Assembly: GCA_050246115.1 (NCBI GenBank)
Contig: JBFWWP010000020.1
Coordinates: 28,793-92,792, forward strand
DNA from: Planctomycetota bacterium
GTDB taxonomy: Bacteria; Planctomycetota; UBA8108; UBA1146; JAJFFE01
DNA: 64,000 nucleotides
Direction of reading: 5' to 3'
Shown here: positions 9,488-19,361 of the stretch, piece by piece
Layout of the letters: the number at the start of each line of letters is the position of its first letter
Numbering within the stretch: the stretch's first letter is position 1
Program-made: the position numbers and the translations under genes
Notes under the pieces: model-generated
What the model saw: only the letters and a program-made list of their open reading frames with translations
What the model was told of the DNA's origin: nothing
Databases searched by the model: none

Positions 9488-9862
9488 ACGCGCCTCTTTC
9501 GAGCTGAGATCCACGCCTGTTGCGCCCCCCGAACGAGAGCGCCGTTTGTCCGGCCCGCAGCCCTCGGGTGCCGGGGTTACCCCCGGCGAGCCTCGGCACC
9601 GTTTCCGTCGTTGTCTGACAGCATCTTCGGTCACACCGACGGTTCCAGTGTCCGAATCCCGGAGGATTTGTCTGCGCCGCAGGGTCAGAATCGGCAGCCT
9701 CGAAACCAGAGCGGCCACCTGTCCGTAGCGGCCGGCCACCCGCGCGTCGTAGCCCCTTCCGTGGGTCATAGCACAACGCCCCGGTCTGGCCAAGGAGAGT
9801 TGCCCTGGGGCAAGTCGCAACGGCTGGCTCGAGAGCGGGTTACTGCTTGGATCGAGTAGCGG

Positions 9863-10645
9863 TCAGGCGCACGGCGGGCGATCCGCGAGCGCGCAGCACG
9901 AGGTGTCCGGGTAGGCGACTTCCATCAGATGCAGCCCCTGCGGCGGCGCCGTCGGCCCTCCGAGAGTCCGATCCTGGGTCGCCAGCATCTCGTCGACCAC
10001 GCCCGGGTCCAGTCGTCCGCGGCCGACATCGACCAGAGTGCCCACGAGGTTGCGAACCATCTTGTACAGGAACCCGGTACCGATGACTTGGAAGAAGGGG
10101 CCCTCTTCGCCGGGGAGCCACTTCGCGACTCGGATCTCGCGCACCGTGTCATCCGGCTCGTCCTTGGACCGATTCCGAAAGCCGGCGAAGTCGAAACGAC
10201 CGACGACACGCAGCGCCGCTCGATTCATGAGCTCGAGGTCCAGGGCCCCACGATGCCACCAAGCCCACCGACGTCCGAAGACCGGCGGGCGCGGGCCCGA
10301 AGCAAGTCGGTAGAGGTACCGTTTCTCGGTCGCCAGGAAGCGCGGATGAAACGCCTCGGTCACTTCCTGGCAAGACACCAGCCCCATGTCGGCGGGAACA
10401 CGGGCGGCAATGGCCCGAGTCAGTGCCTCCGCGGTGAGTTCGGTCTCGAGCGCGATCCGCGCACACTGGCCGCGCGCATGAACGCCGGCGTCCGTTCGCG
10501 AAGCCCCCAGCGTCTCGATCGAACCGCGGCTGAGCGGAGCCAGCGCGGTGCGCAGGCAGCCCTCGACGGTGCGCGTACCATCCTGGTCCTGCCAACCATG
10601 GAAGTCGGTACCGTCGTACTCGAGCACCAGGCGAAAGTAGCGCAA
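9863..10645 (-). CDS. truA: tRNA pseudouridine(38-40) synthase TruA
   Basis: MRYFRLVLEYDGTDFHGWQ...RTDAGVHA (catalytic Asp motif), at TruA length. Confidence 0.85.
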   Translation of the reverse strand: MRYFRLVLEYDGTDFHGWQDQDGTRTVEGCLRTALAPLSRGSIETLGASRTDAGVHARGQCARIALETELTAEALTRAIAARVPADMGLVSCQEVTEAFHPRFLATEKRYLYRLASGPRPPVFGRRWAWWHRGALDLELMNRAALRVVGRFDFAGFRNRSKDEPDDTVREIRVAKWLPGEEGPFFQVIGTGFLYKMVRNLVGTLVDVGRGRLDPGVVDEMLATQDRTLGGPTAPPQGLHLMEVAYPDTSCCALADRPPCA

Positions 10646-10715
10646 GGCGATCGCTCCTTCAGTGTCGCTGGAGTCTGCGCGCGGCTGACCCGGCGTGAGC
10701 CGAGGGACGCCCGGC

Positions 10716-11711
10716 TCACGAACTCGGGGACGAAGTCGTTCGTTGGCGAAAGACCTCGGCGATCTGCACCGCGTTGAGGGCCGCCCCCTTCAACAACTGG
10801 TCGCCCACGATCCAGAACTGGAGCACCGTCGGGGACGGCTGTCGCAAGCGTCCGATCCGTACCTGGGTCTCGCCGGCGAGCGGACGCGGGGTCGGCGGCT
10901 GCATCGGATCGTCCACGAGTTCGAGGCCGGGCGCGGCGACCAGACGCGAGCGCGCCGCCGTCAGCTCGATCGGTGAGTCGAAGAGCAGCGTCACGGCCTC
11001 CGAATGACAACGCTCGACCGGCACCCGAACGCAGGTCGCAAACACGTCGAGGTCCGGATCACCCAGGATCTTACGGGATTCGAGAATGATCTTGCGCTCC
11101 TCGGTGGTGTTGCCGTGCTCCTCGATGCCCCCGATCAATGGAAACAGGTTCGCTTCGATGGGAAACGGGAACGGGTTGCCGGCCTCGAATGCGCCGCCAC
11201 TACGTTCCCTTCGGAGCGCCTCCAACCCGGCACGTCCAGCCCCCGATACCGCTTGATAGGTCGACACGACGGTCCGAAAGCGTCCGAGAGCGCGGAGAGG
11301 GTGGAGTGCCAGCACGAGGATGATGGTCGAGCAGTTCGGGTTGGCGACCACACCCGGTCCGCGGGGAACATCGTCGGCATTGATCTCGGGCACGACCAAC
11401 GGCACCTCTGGCTCGAGCCGAAAGGCGCTCGAGTTGTCGACCGCAAGCGCACCTCGAGCGACGAACTGCGGCGCCCACTCGCGGGCCACTGCCCCGCCCG
11501 CCGAGAACAGCACTACGTCGAACTCCTCTAGCGTCGCCATCGACAAGGGCCGCACGGCAAGCTCGCCGTCACGGAAAGGAACTCGGGAGCCTGCCGACCG
11601 CGACGAACCGAAGGCCACCGGCAGCTCGTCGCCGAGGGGGCTGCGGCCGAGACACTCGAGCATCACCCTGCCGACCACTCCACTCGCGCCGACGACCGCT
11701 ACCCGCGTCAT
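10716..11711 (-). CDS. asd: Aspartate-semialdehyde dehydrogenase
   Basis: MTRVAVVGASGVVG (Rossmann), NPNCSTI (active-site Cys) and FDSPIELTAA; about 331 aa from the internal ATG (complement of 11709-11711). Confidence 0.85.
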   Translation of the reverse strand: MTRVAVVGASGVVGRVMLECLGRSPLGDELPVAFGSSRSAGSRVPFRDGELAVRPLSMATLEEFDVVLFSAGGAVAREWAPQFVARGALAVDNSSAFRLEPEVPLVVPEINADDVPRGPGVVANPNCSTIILVLALHPLRALGRFRTVVSTYQAVSGAGRAGLEALRRERSGGAFEAGNPFPFPIEANLFPLIGGIEEHGNTTEERKIILESRKILGDPDLDVFATCVRVPVERCHSEAVTLLFDSPIELTAARSRLVAAPGLELVDDPMQPPTPRPLAGETQVRIGRLRQPSPTVLQFWIVGDQLLKGAALNAVQIAEVFRQRTTSSPSS

Positions 11712-11929
11712 TGCTTCTTCGCCTTTCGCCGAGCCAGGAACCAAGTCAGGAAGGGAAGCCCCACCAGCACCACCGTGACGGTCAGCAACAGGAGCGCCTC
11801 GTGCATTCCTAGGTTGAACAGCATGTCGCTCCGGTCTCAGTCACCCATGGGTTGGCGTCGCTGGCGAGGTGCAACCGCAAGGCTTCGATTCGCGGGCCGC
11901 GCGCACCGGAGCCATCGATGCGCGCCCCG

Positions 11930-11959
11930 GTCCGCTTCGGTCCGCTTCGGTCCGCTTCA
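11930..11959. repeat. Perfect tandem direct repeat, gtccgcttcg x3, in the thrS-asd intergenic region
   Basis: Read directly: g tccgcttcg g tccgcttcg g tccgcttca g. Confidence 0.8.
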
Positions 11960-11983
11960 GACTGCCATCTCCCGACAGCTCAC

Positions 11984-12011
11984 GCCGTCACGGAGTCAAG
12001 CCGTCACGGAG
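11984..12011. repeat. Tandem direct repeat gccgtcacggag(tcaa) x2, about 25 bp downstream of the first repeat
   Basis: gccgtcacggagtcaagccgtcacggag read directly. It sits between the thrS stop and the asd start, so it could be a terminator or operator. Confidence 0.7.
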
Positions 12012-12035
12012 CATGGAATCACCCGCTGCGCGGAA

Positions 12036-14102
12036 TCACGAAGACCCGGCTGCGAACGAGGCGTCGAGGCGCCGTTCCCGCACTTCGGTGACGATGCGCT
12101 CGAAGAACTCCTCGAACGGTATCGCTCCGAGGTCCCCCACCCCTCGCTGCCGAACCGCGACGGTTCCGGCTTCCTCGTCGCGCCCTCCGACGATCAGCAT
12201 GTAGGGCAAGCGCGCATCGGCAGCCACCTTGATCTTGGCGGCCACACGGTCAGCACTCCGATCGAGCGTGGCCCGCAAGCCAGCTCCACGCAAGCGCGCG
12301 AGCAGTCGCTCGCCGTAGCCCGCGAACTGCTCGGTGATGGGGAGCACGCGTACCTGCTCCGGGGCCAACCATACCGGGAACGCGCCTTCGAAGTGTTCAA
12401 TCAAGATGCCAACGAAACGCTCGAACGAGCCGAACGGAGCGCGGTGGATCATCACCGGTCGGTGCGACCGGTTGTCGGCGCCGGTGTAGCTGAGGTCGAA
12501 GCGTTCCGGCAGGTTGTAGTCGACCTGAATGGTCCCCAACTGCCACTCTCGCCCGACCACGTCACGGGCTACGAAGTCGATCTTGGGGCCGTAGAACGCC
12601 GCTTCGCCGGCCTCCTCACTGAAAGGTACCCCCAGCCCAGCGACGGCCGTGCGGCAAGCAGCCTCGGCTCGATCCCAGAGTTCGGGCCGCCCGATGTACT
12701 TCGATCCGTCGGGGTCACGCAGCCCGACGCGGACGCGGTAGTCGCGCAAGCCCAAGGTGGTGAGCACCAACTTCACGAGTGCCAGGCACCCGACGAGTTC
12801 GGGGCCCACCTGCTCTTCGGTGCAAAACAGGTGAGCGTCGTCCTGGGTGAAGCCCCGTACGCGGGTCATGCCATGAACTTCGCCGGACTGCTCCCAGCGG
12901 TAAACGGTTCCGAACTCCGCGAGTCGAACCGGCAGGTCGCGATAACTTCGTGGTTCGGAGGCGTAGATCTTCACGTGGTGCGGGCAGTTCATCGGCTTGA
13001 GCAAGTAGCCCGTGACCTCGCCGCCCGCGAGGCGATTGGCGAGTTCGGCGCAGCTACAATTCTCGGCGGCCAGCCGTTCCATCTCTTCGTTCTCGACGAT
13101 CGGCGGATACTGACTCTCACGATAGTAAGGGTAGTGACCGCTGGTGCGGTAGAGGCCGAGCTTGCCGATGTGGGGTGTGTAGACCGAGCGGTAGTCTTGC
13201 TTGACCAGCTCGGCTCGAATGAACTCCTCGAGTTCACGACGCACCACGGCGCCGTTTGGAGTCCACAGGATCAACCCCTGCCCCACCGCATCGTCGATGT
13301 GAAACAGATTCAGCTTGCGCCCCAGGACTCGATGGTCGCGCTTACGCGCCTCCTCGATCAGGTTGAGGTGCTCGGCGAGCTGCTTGGGGGTGGCAAAGGC
13401 GGTGCCGTAGACGCGAGTCAGTGAATCCGAAGCGGCGTCCCCGTGCCAATAGGACGATGCGAGGCTCATTACCTTGAACGCACCAATGCGCCCGGTGCTC
13501 GGTACGTGAGGGCCACGGCACAGGTCTTCCCAGTGGCGACCGGGCTCGCCGGTCGCATACCACGACAGCTCCTCCGAGCCCGCGGCACGAGCCCGCTCGG
13601 CGTTGTCGATCTTGTACTTGCTGCCTTCGCTCCGGAGCTTCTTCAGCCCTTCGTCGTACGGCAACTCGTAGCGCGTGAATGCGCGATCCTCCGCGATGAT
13701 CTGCTGCATCTCGCGCTCGATGGCCTCGAAGTCCCGCGAACTCAGCGGGCGTGCCTCGGGCAGAGCGATGTCGTAGTAGAAGCCGTTCTCGACCGGCGGC
13801 CCATAAACGAGCTGCGCCTCGGGCACCAGCCGTTGAATCGCCTCCGCCATGACGTGGGCGCAGCTGTGCCGCATGAGGTAGAGCGCGTCTTCGTGCGCGG
13901 GCTGCTCCCCGCGGGGAGCGGTTATGATCTGCAGACTCGCATCCTGCGAGATCACGCGCTGAAGGTCGACGAGTTCGCCGTCGACACGCCCGCCCAGGGC
14001 CGCCTTGGCAAGGCCCGCACCGATGTCCTGCGCGACTTCGGCGACCCGAATCGGTCCTGGATACTCCCGAACGCTGCCGTCGGGCAAAGTGATACGCGGC
14101 AT
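12036..14102 (-). CDS. thrS: Threonine--tRNA ligase
   Basis: 688 aa with an N-terminal TGS domain (MPRITLPDGSVREY), a second additional domain (HSCAHVMAEA), class II synthetase motifs and a C-terminal anticodon-binding domain. Confidence 0.9.
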   Translation of the reverse strand: MPRITLPDGSVREYPGPIRVAEVAQDIGAGLAKAALGGRVDGELVDLQRVISQDASLQIITAPRGEQPAHEDALYLMRHSCAHVMAEAIQRLVPEAQLVYGPPVENGFYYDIALPEARPLSSRDFEAIEREMQQIIAEDRAFTRYELPYDEGLKKLRSEGSKYKIDNAERARAAGSEELSWYATGEPGRHWEDLCRGPHVPSTGRIGAFKVMSLASSYWHGDAASDSLTRVYGTAFATPKQLAEHLNLIEEARKRDHRVLGRKLNLFHIDDAVGQGLILWTPNGAVVRRELEEFIRAELVKQDYRSVYTPHIGKLGLYRTSGHYPYYRESQYPPIVENEEMERLAAENCSCAELANRLAGGEVTGYLLKPMNCPHHVKIYASEPRSYRDLPVRLAEFGTVYRWEQSGEVHGMTRVRGFTQDDAHLFCTEEQVGPELVGCLALVKLVLTTLGLRDYRVRVGLRDPDGSKYIGRPELWDRAEAACRTAVAGLGVPFSEEAGEAAFYGPKIDFVARDVVGREWQLGTIQVDYNLPERFDLSYTGADNRSHRPVMIHRAPFGSFERFVGILIEHFEGAFPVWLAPEQVRVLPITEQFAGYGERLLARLRGAGLRATLDRSADRVAAKIKVAADARLPYMLIVGGRDEEAGTVAVRQRGVGDLGAIPFEEFFERIVTEVRERRLDASFAAGSS

Positions 14103-14557
14103 GATCGATTTCCTTCGAGTGTCGACCGAAACCAGCTCGGCGGGGCTGGTCGAAAGGCCGCGATCTTAGTAGGCGGGTCCGCGAGTTCACACCCATTTCG
14201 GGACTGGTGGGCGACCACGATCTCCCCCGTCCCCCGCGTGTCGCCGTTCGACGACGACCACGGCTCCGCCGCGGGCGCTCCCTACGGGGCCAACGCTCGT
14301 CGCGTACCGGAGCCTCCCGGCGACCGCAACGCGCGTAGCCGCCGGGGTGCCGGGGTCCGCCGCCACAAACTCTCTGGCCGCAGTCGCGTCGCGGTGAGAA
14401 GATCGGCGGCGCTGTCGTCCTCTCGGGAATCCGAGCCGTGGAACAGGGTCCACGACTCGTCGGTTGGACCGGTGGAGCCGTCCTTCGAAGCGCGCGAGCC
14501 GGGTCGCGATCGTCCCGAAAAAGAACCTCGTCCCGAGTGACCACCGGGGAGCGATCC

Positions 14558-15874
14558 ATGTCCGAGGCTCGTGTCGCGCCCCCGTCCCCGCCCCCCGGAG
14601 ACTACGATCCACGGCTGTGCATTCTGCACGCCGACATGGACGCCTTCTTCGCCGCGGTCGAAGTGCTCGACGATCCGACCCTGCGCGGCGTACCGTTGAT
14701 CATTGGTCATCCCGGCGCGCGCGGGGTCGTGTCCACGGCCTCCTACGAGGCGCGTCGCTTCGGGGTCCATTCGGCCATGCCGTCGGTCGAGGCCATGCGG
14801 CGTTGCCCGCACGCCGTGTGGCGGGCGCCGCGAGTTTCCCGCTACGCTGAGTTGTCGGCTCAGATCCGCAGTATCTTCCACCGTTACACACCCTTGGTAG
14901 AACCCTTGTCGCTCGACGAGGCCTTCCTCGATGTCGCGGGATCGCTCCGGCTCTTCGGGGGTGCGATCGCGATCGCGCAGGGCCTCCAACAAACGATCGC
15001 GCACGACACCGGTGGCTTGACGGTGTCGGTCGGGGTGGCGACCAACAAGTTCCTCGCCAAGCTCGCGAGCGACATGCAGAAACCCGCGGGCCTCACGGTC
15101 ATCGACCCCGACCGAGCGGCCGAGCAAATCGCCCCACTCCCGGTGCGCCGACTGTGGGGAGTGGGCGAGAAGAGCGCGGCGCGGCTCCACGAGATCGGCG
15201 TCCGAACCATCGGCGAGGTCGCGCGAGTGGGCGAATCCTACCTGCGACGCTCACTCGGCGAAGCCGCCGGCCGGCATCTCTTCGCGCTCGCCCACGGCCG
15301 CGACTCGCGCACTGTCGATACCGAGCACGAAGCCAAGTCGATCTCCACCGAGTCGACGTTCGCTGTGGACCTTCACGACGCCGGGGAGATTCGCAACTTC
15401 CTGTTCGAGGCCGCGGACACCGTGGCCGAGGCGCTACGGAAGGCACGCCTCCTCGCGCGCACGGTACAGCTCAAGGTCCGGACCGGCTCGTTTCGTACCC
15501 TGACTCGGGCGCACACGCTGCCGCAACCCACCAATCTGCCGCAGATCCTGCACCAAGCCGCGCTCGAACTCCTCGAAAGTCGGGTCGACCTCGCGGGCGA
15601 GGGCGTGCGGCTGCTCGGATTGGGCGCCAAGGGCCTCATCGAGGACGAGTGCGCGGTCCAAGCCGATCTCTTCGCGAGCGAAGCGGCCGAGCTCGACCGG
15701 AAGACCGCGCAAGTGAGCGATCGCGTGAAGGCCGCACTCGGCCGCGACGCGATCACGCGGGCGCGACTGATGCGTCGCCACGCACCCGGTGAGGGAGCAG
15801 CCTCGGAGAACCGCCCGGGCCGCGACGACCCCGGCCGAGTCCGGCGACGGGACCTCGGGCACGAGGCACCGTGA
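14558..15874 (+). CDS. dinB: DNA polymerase IV (Y-family)
   Basis: ILHADMDAFFAAVE...SIDEAFLD...GVGEKSAARL (HhH) are Y-family signatures. Start placed at the internal ATG 14558; the upstream 40 codons are unconserved. Confidence 0.85.
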   Translation: MSEARVAPPSPPPGDYDPRLCILHADMDAFFAAVEVLDDPTLRGVPLIIGHPGARGVVSTASYEARRFGVHSAMPSVEAMRRCPHAVWRAPRVSRYAELSAQIRSIFHRYTPLVEPLSLDEAFLDVAGSLRLFGGAIAIAQGLQQTIAHDTGGLTVSVGVATNKFLAKLASDMQKPAGLTVIDPDRAAEQIAPLPVRRLWGVGEKSAARLHEIGVRTIGEVARVGESYLRRSLGEAAGRHLFALAHGRDSRTVDTEHEAKSISTESTFAVDLHDAGEIRNFLFEAADTVAEALRKARLLARTVQLKVRTGSFRTLTRAHTLPQPTNLPQILHQAALELLESRVDLAGEGVRLLGLGAKGLIEDECAVQADLFASEAAELDRKTAQVSDRVKAALGRDAITRARLMRRHAPGEGAASENRPGRDDPGRVRRRDLGHEAP

Positions 15875-15975
15875 AGCGTGCTTCGCGCAGCGTCGAGTGT
15901 TGCTCGTTCGGACTCTTCACCGTCGCCCACCTCCCCGCCAGAGCACGAGACCCGAGGAGCGGCGCGACGGGAGCG

Positions 15976-17340
15976 TCAGTCAGCGAGGATGCGCAGGATG
16001 TGATCGCGGATCGCGACGGCCGTCCGCGGGCTGCCGGGGCTGCCCCGTGCGGAGTCGATGAAGATCGGTCCACGATCCGGATCAGTCGGTAGGCGTCCAT
16101 GGGATCCGCGCACGATCGTCGGGTCGGTGCCAACGACGTCCATGAGATAGCGGAACCCGAGCCGCTTCTTGACGAGGTTCTTCACCACACGCAGGCCTGG
16201 GAACCGCAGGCTCGGGTCGAGGAACAACTCGGTCGGGTCGTAGCCCGGCTTGCGGTGAATGTCGACGGTATTGGCGAAGTCGGGCCGGCGGGCGTCATCC
16301 AACCAATAGTGATAGGCGAACCAGCACCCCGGTTCGCTCACGAGCACCAGTTCCCCGGAGCGCTCGTGATCGATACCGACCGGCGCCTGCTCGCGCCGAT
16401 CGAAGATATCCGCGACTCCGGGGAGCTGTTGGAGAGCGCTGCGCACCCGCACGACGTCGCGGGGATCCCGCACGTAGACATGGGCGACCTGGTGGTCGGC
16501 CACGGCGAAGGCCACGGACGCGCCTGCATCCAGCAGCTGACCATGGCTCCGTTCCTGGAGCCGCAGGAACCCGCGTTCTGCCAAGAACCGGTTGACGAAG
16601 ATCGGCGTCGTCACCGATTCGATGCCGTACTCCGAGAGGACGAGCACCCGCGCTCCGCGTGCGCGCGCCGCATCGATCAAGCGCCCCGCCTCGATGTCGA
16701 GCGCGCGCACGGCCTCGCGCGACGCCGGCGCCTCGGGCCCGAAACGCTGGTGGTCGTAATCGAGGTGCGGCAGGTAGGCGAGTACGAGCGTGGGGTCGAA
16801 GCGTTCGATGACGCGGAGCGTCGCGTCGGCGATCCAACGCGTCGACCGAATGTCCGCGCCCGGGCCCCAGAAATGAAACAACGGGAACGGTCCGAGTTCG
16901 GCTTCGAGTTCCGCATGCAGCGGTGCCGGCTCCGAGTAGAGGCCGGGCCGCTTGAGGCCGTTCGCGTGATACTCGGGTCGGGGCGTGACACTGAAGTCGA
17001 CCGCCGCATACATGTTGTACCACCAGAACATCTTTGCACAGGTGAACCGGGGGTCGCGCGCGCGCGCGGTCTCGTAGAGTTTCTCGCCCTGGATCAGGGC
17101 GTTGGACTGCCGCCAGAGAAAGACCTCGGCAAGGTCGCGGAAGTACCAGCCGTTGGCAACGATCCCGTGCTCGCGCGGCAGGCGACCGGTGAGCCAGGTC
17201 GCTTGCACCGTGCAGGTCACTGCCGGAAACACCGTTGCCAGCGCGCCAAGCTCACCCGCATCCGCGAGCGAGCGCAGATTCGGCGCGTCGACGAGATCGC
17301 AGGGACGCAGTCCTACGGCGTCGATGACGAGCAGCTTCAC
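15976..17340 (-). CDS. Alkaline-phosphatase superfamily protein (type I phosphodiesterase / nucleotide pyrophosphatase-like)
   Basis: 454 aa, has the DYDHQ motif and matches the overall AP-superfamily metalloenzyme pattern. GTG start, overlapping the dus stop as GTGA. Confidence 0.6.
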   Translation of the reverse strand: MKLLVIDAVGLRPCDLVDAPNLRSLADAGELGALATVFPAVTCTVQATWLTGRLPREHGIVANGWYFRDLAEVFLWRQSNALIQGEKLYETARARDPRFTCAKMFWWYNMYAAVDFSVTPRPEYHANGLKRPGLYSEPAPLHAELEAELGPFPLFHFWGPGADIRSTRWIADATLRVIERFDPTLVLAYLPHLDYDHQRFGPEAPASREAVRALDIEAGRLIDAARARGARVLVLSEYGIESVTTPIFVNRFLAERGFLRLQERSHGQLLDAGASVAFAVADHQVAHVYVRDPRDVVRVRSALQQLPGVADIFDRREQAPVGIDHERSGELVLVSEPGCWFAYHYWLDDARRPDFANTVDIHRKPGYDPTELFLDPSLRFPGLRVVKNLVKKRLGFRYLMDVVGTDPTIVRGSHGRLPTDPDRGPIFIDSARGSPGSPRTAVAIRDHILRILAD

Positions 17341-18530
17341 TCGGCCGCCTCGGCCGCACAGGTCTCGGCGTACTCGACGCCGCCGTCGCCGAACGGAGTC
17401 GTGTCGCCGCTGTGGGCGACGTCAGGAAAGGTCTCCGACACGATGCGCCGGAAGTCGTCGGCGTCGCGCGCGAGGGCGATCCGAGCCCGGAACGCGCGTG
17501 CTCCGCGCACTCCAGCCAGGTAGCGGCAAGCGAACTTCCGCATGCGGATCGTGCCAGCGGGGTCACCCTCGAGATCGACCACGGCAGCGTGGTGCGCGAG
17601 TAGTTGCTCACGCTGCTCGAGCAAGCTGGGGGCACGGGGTGCTGCCTCGCCACGGAGCGCCGCCGTGATCTCGCGAAACACCCATGGCCGCGTCAAAGCA
17701 GCACGCGCGACCATGACGCCCGCCGCGCCAGACAAGCGCAGTGCCCGCATTGCGCTCGGCGCGTCGACGATGTCCCCGTTGGCAATGACGGGCACGTCGA
17801 CGGCCGCCACGACTTCACCGATCAAGTCGAACCGGCTCGGCGTTCCGTAGCCTTCGCCCGCCGTGCGCCCATGCACCGTGATCGCCACTGCACCGTTGGC
17901 TGCGGCCTGGCGGGCAACCGCCGTCGCCGTTCGACAGTTCGCCGACGGACCCAATCGGATCTTCGCGGTCACCGGAATGCCGCCCGCGCCGCGCACCGTC
18001 GCGGCGACCATGCGTCCCACGGTCTCGGGATCACGCAGAAGCTTGGCCCCAGCCCCTTGCTTCCCCATGATTCGCTGCTTGGGGCAGCCGAAGTTCAAGT
18101 CGATGACGGCGACGCCGTAGTCGCGCAACCGTCGGGCACCCTCCTCGACCATGGCGGGCTCCCGATCCCACAGCTGCACCCCCAGCGGCCCGGGCTCGGT
18201 TCTCACCCCGTGCAGTCGCTCGGGCTCGGTTTGCTGTCCTTGCACCCACCCGCCCGCCGAGACCATCTCGGTGTAGATCAACCCGCAACCGCCAAAGTCG
18301 CGGACCAACCGCCGAAACACGAGGTCGGTAAAGCCTGCGATGGGCGCCGAAATCACCGGGGTAGCGAGTGCCAGCGACCCGATGTGTAACGGCGGCGACT
18401 CGCGCGTGGGGAGCACCCCGGCCTCTGCACCCGGAGGTACATCGCGCTCGACCCGAGATTCGATCACCGCACCCACCGTCTTCCACTGGCTACGCTTCTT
18501 CTCGACGCCCTGGACTCCGCCTCGCGACAA
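17337..18530 (-). CDS. dus: tRNA-dihydrouridine synthase
   Basis: SAPIAGFTDLVFRRL...LNFGCPKQRIMGKQGAGAKLL...VTAKIRLG is the Dus TIM-barrel. The true start may be an internal non-ATG codon, since about 50 N-terminal residues are unconserved. Confidence 0.75.
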   Translation of the reverse strand: MSRGGVQGVEKKRSQWKTVGAVIESRVERDVPPGAEAGVLPTRESPPLHIGSLALATPVISAPIAGFTDLVFRRLVRDFGGCGLIYTEMVSAGGWVQGQQTEPERLHGVRTEPGPLGVQLWDREPAMVEEGARRLRDYGVAVIDLNFGCPKQRIMGKQGAGAKLLRDPETVGRMVAATVRGAGGIPVTAKIRLGPSANCRTATAVARQAAANGAVAITVHGRTAGEGYGTPSRFDLIGEVVAAVDVPVIANGDIVDAPSAMRALRLSGAAGVMVARAALTRPWVFREITAALRGEAAPRAPSLLEQREQLLAHHAAVVDLEGDPAGTIRMRKFACRYLAGVRGARAFRARIALARDADDFRRIVSETFPDVAHSGDTTPFGDGGVEYAETCAAEAAE

Positions 18531-18736
18531 AGTCGGAAGCTGGCGACCCGCTCTACGGCTCGGGTACTCACTCGTCCGGTCCCATAGTAGACGCGTATCG
18601 CGAGCCGATCAACGCGGAGCGATCGACGCGGGCCGAGCCCCTGCGCCGGCCACCGCCACAGCCACAGCCTCGCCCCCAATCCGGGGGCAGGCTGCGTGAG
18701 TCCAGACTGAACCCGCCACGGCGCCCTGCACCCTCT

Positions 18737-18772
18737 CCGGGGCAGATCCTCTCGCCGGGGCAGATCCTCTCG
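18737..18772. repeat. Perfect 18-bp tandem duplication, ccggggcagatcctctcg x2
   Basis: Read directly in the roughly 800 bp non-coding stretch downstream of dus. Confidence 0.8.
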
Positions 18773-18846
18773 TGTCACCCATGTGATCGGAAAATCGGTT
18801 ACCTATGGTTCCGGAATGGACCCATGTTCACCCCACCCCCCCGCCA

Positions 18847-18862
18847 CGCCCCTCGAGGGGCG
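18847..18862. repeat. Perfect 16-bp palindrome cgcccctcgaggggcg
   Basis: Self-complementary, read directly. Possible protein-binding site or REP-like hairpin. Confidence 0.7.
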
Positions 18863-19027
18863 GGGCGCGAACCTCCTCGAGCTTGGGGGCTACATGCAAC
18901 TGGGCGATGGAACGACAATCGACTGGCCAGCGACTAGTGCTCCGGAGGAGCATGCCGTGTCCGCGATCGCGAGCCTTGGATGCGAGGGGCGTGCGCCCTG
19001 TCCATGAGATTCTTGGATGGTCCGCAG

Positions 19028-19045
19028 TGTCTGCGCGCGCAGACA
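19028..19045. repeat. Perfect 18-bp palindrome tgtctgcgcgcgcagaca
   Basis: Self-complementary, read directly, in the non-coding region upstream of the HNH gene. Confidence 0.7.
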
Positions 19046-19282
19046 GTCCGACGATGCGATGGGCGTAGCGCTCGCGAGATCGTCTTCGGTTCGCACGAAG
19101 CGAAACGACACGCGTTGACGGGTCGTCGACGATGGCACGGCGGTGTCGCCCGCGCGCGTGCGAAGTGCGCCACGTCGAGGCTCGTTGAGCGAGCCCGCGC
19201 TGCAGGTCGCGAAGCACCCTTCTCCTGTCCGATGGACCGCGGCGGGACGCGATGCACATTATTGCGCAGAACCACCTTTTCG

Positions 19283-19312
19283 TTGCATTCTGGTGTATTC
19301 TGCGTTATGCTC
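19283..19312 (+). promoter_or_regulatory. Candidate sigma70-type promoter TTGCAT-N18-TATGCT upstream of the HNH endonuclease gene
   Basis: Locally AT-richer sequence ccttttcgTTGCATtctggtgtattctgcgtTATGCTcttg, a near-consensus -35/-10 pair in otherwise GC-rich DNA. Confidence 0.35.
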
Positions 19313-19331
19313 TTGTTCCTGCCCAAGTGCT

Positions 19332-19360
19332 CGAGAGGAGTATTCCCGAGAGGAGTATTC
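19332..19360 (+). repeat. Tandem duplication cgagaggagtattc x2; each copy contains a Shine-Dalgarno-like GAGGAG
   Basis: Read directly. The second copy ends 1 nt before the proposed TTG start of the HNH gene (the spacer between GAGGAG and TTG is the 6-nt tattct). Confidence 0.7.
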
Positions 19361-19361
19361 T

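Noticed and set aside
9488-9820. Upstream 111 codons of the hpf track ORF, and a possible hairpin ttgccc-tgg-ggcaa at 9800-9816
   Set aside because: The extension is Arg-rich and unconserved. The hairpin has only a 5-6 bp stem and no U-tract, so it is too weak to call a terminator.
11775-13424. 549-aa plus-strand ORF
   Set aside because: Antisense to thrS, which has unambiguous synthetase motifs. Typical high-GC shadow ORF.
13342-14559. 405-aa minus-strand and 365-aa plus-strand ORFs spanning the thrS-dinB divergent region
   Set aside because: Extremely Arg/Pro/Gly-rich, overlap the thrS start and each other, and have no recognisable domain.
16099-17523. 474-aa plus-strand ORF
   Set aside because: Antisense to the alkaline-phosphatase-family gene and dus. 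Arg-rich shadow ORF.
19143-19361. N-terminal 73 codons of the track ORF for the HNH protein
   Set aside because: Runs through an AT-rich promoter-like block and translates a tandem DNA duplication as REEYSREEYS. An in-frame TTG at 19362 with GAGGAG 6 nt upstream (i.e. a 6-nt tattct spacer) is a more plausible start.
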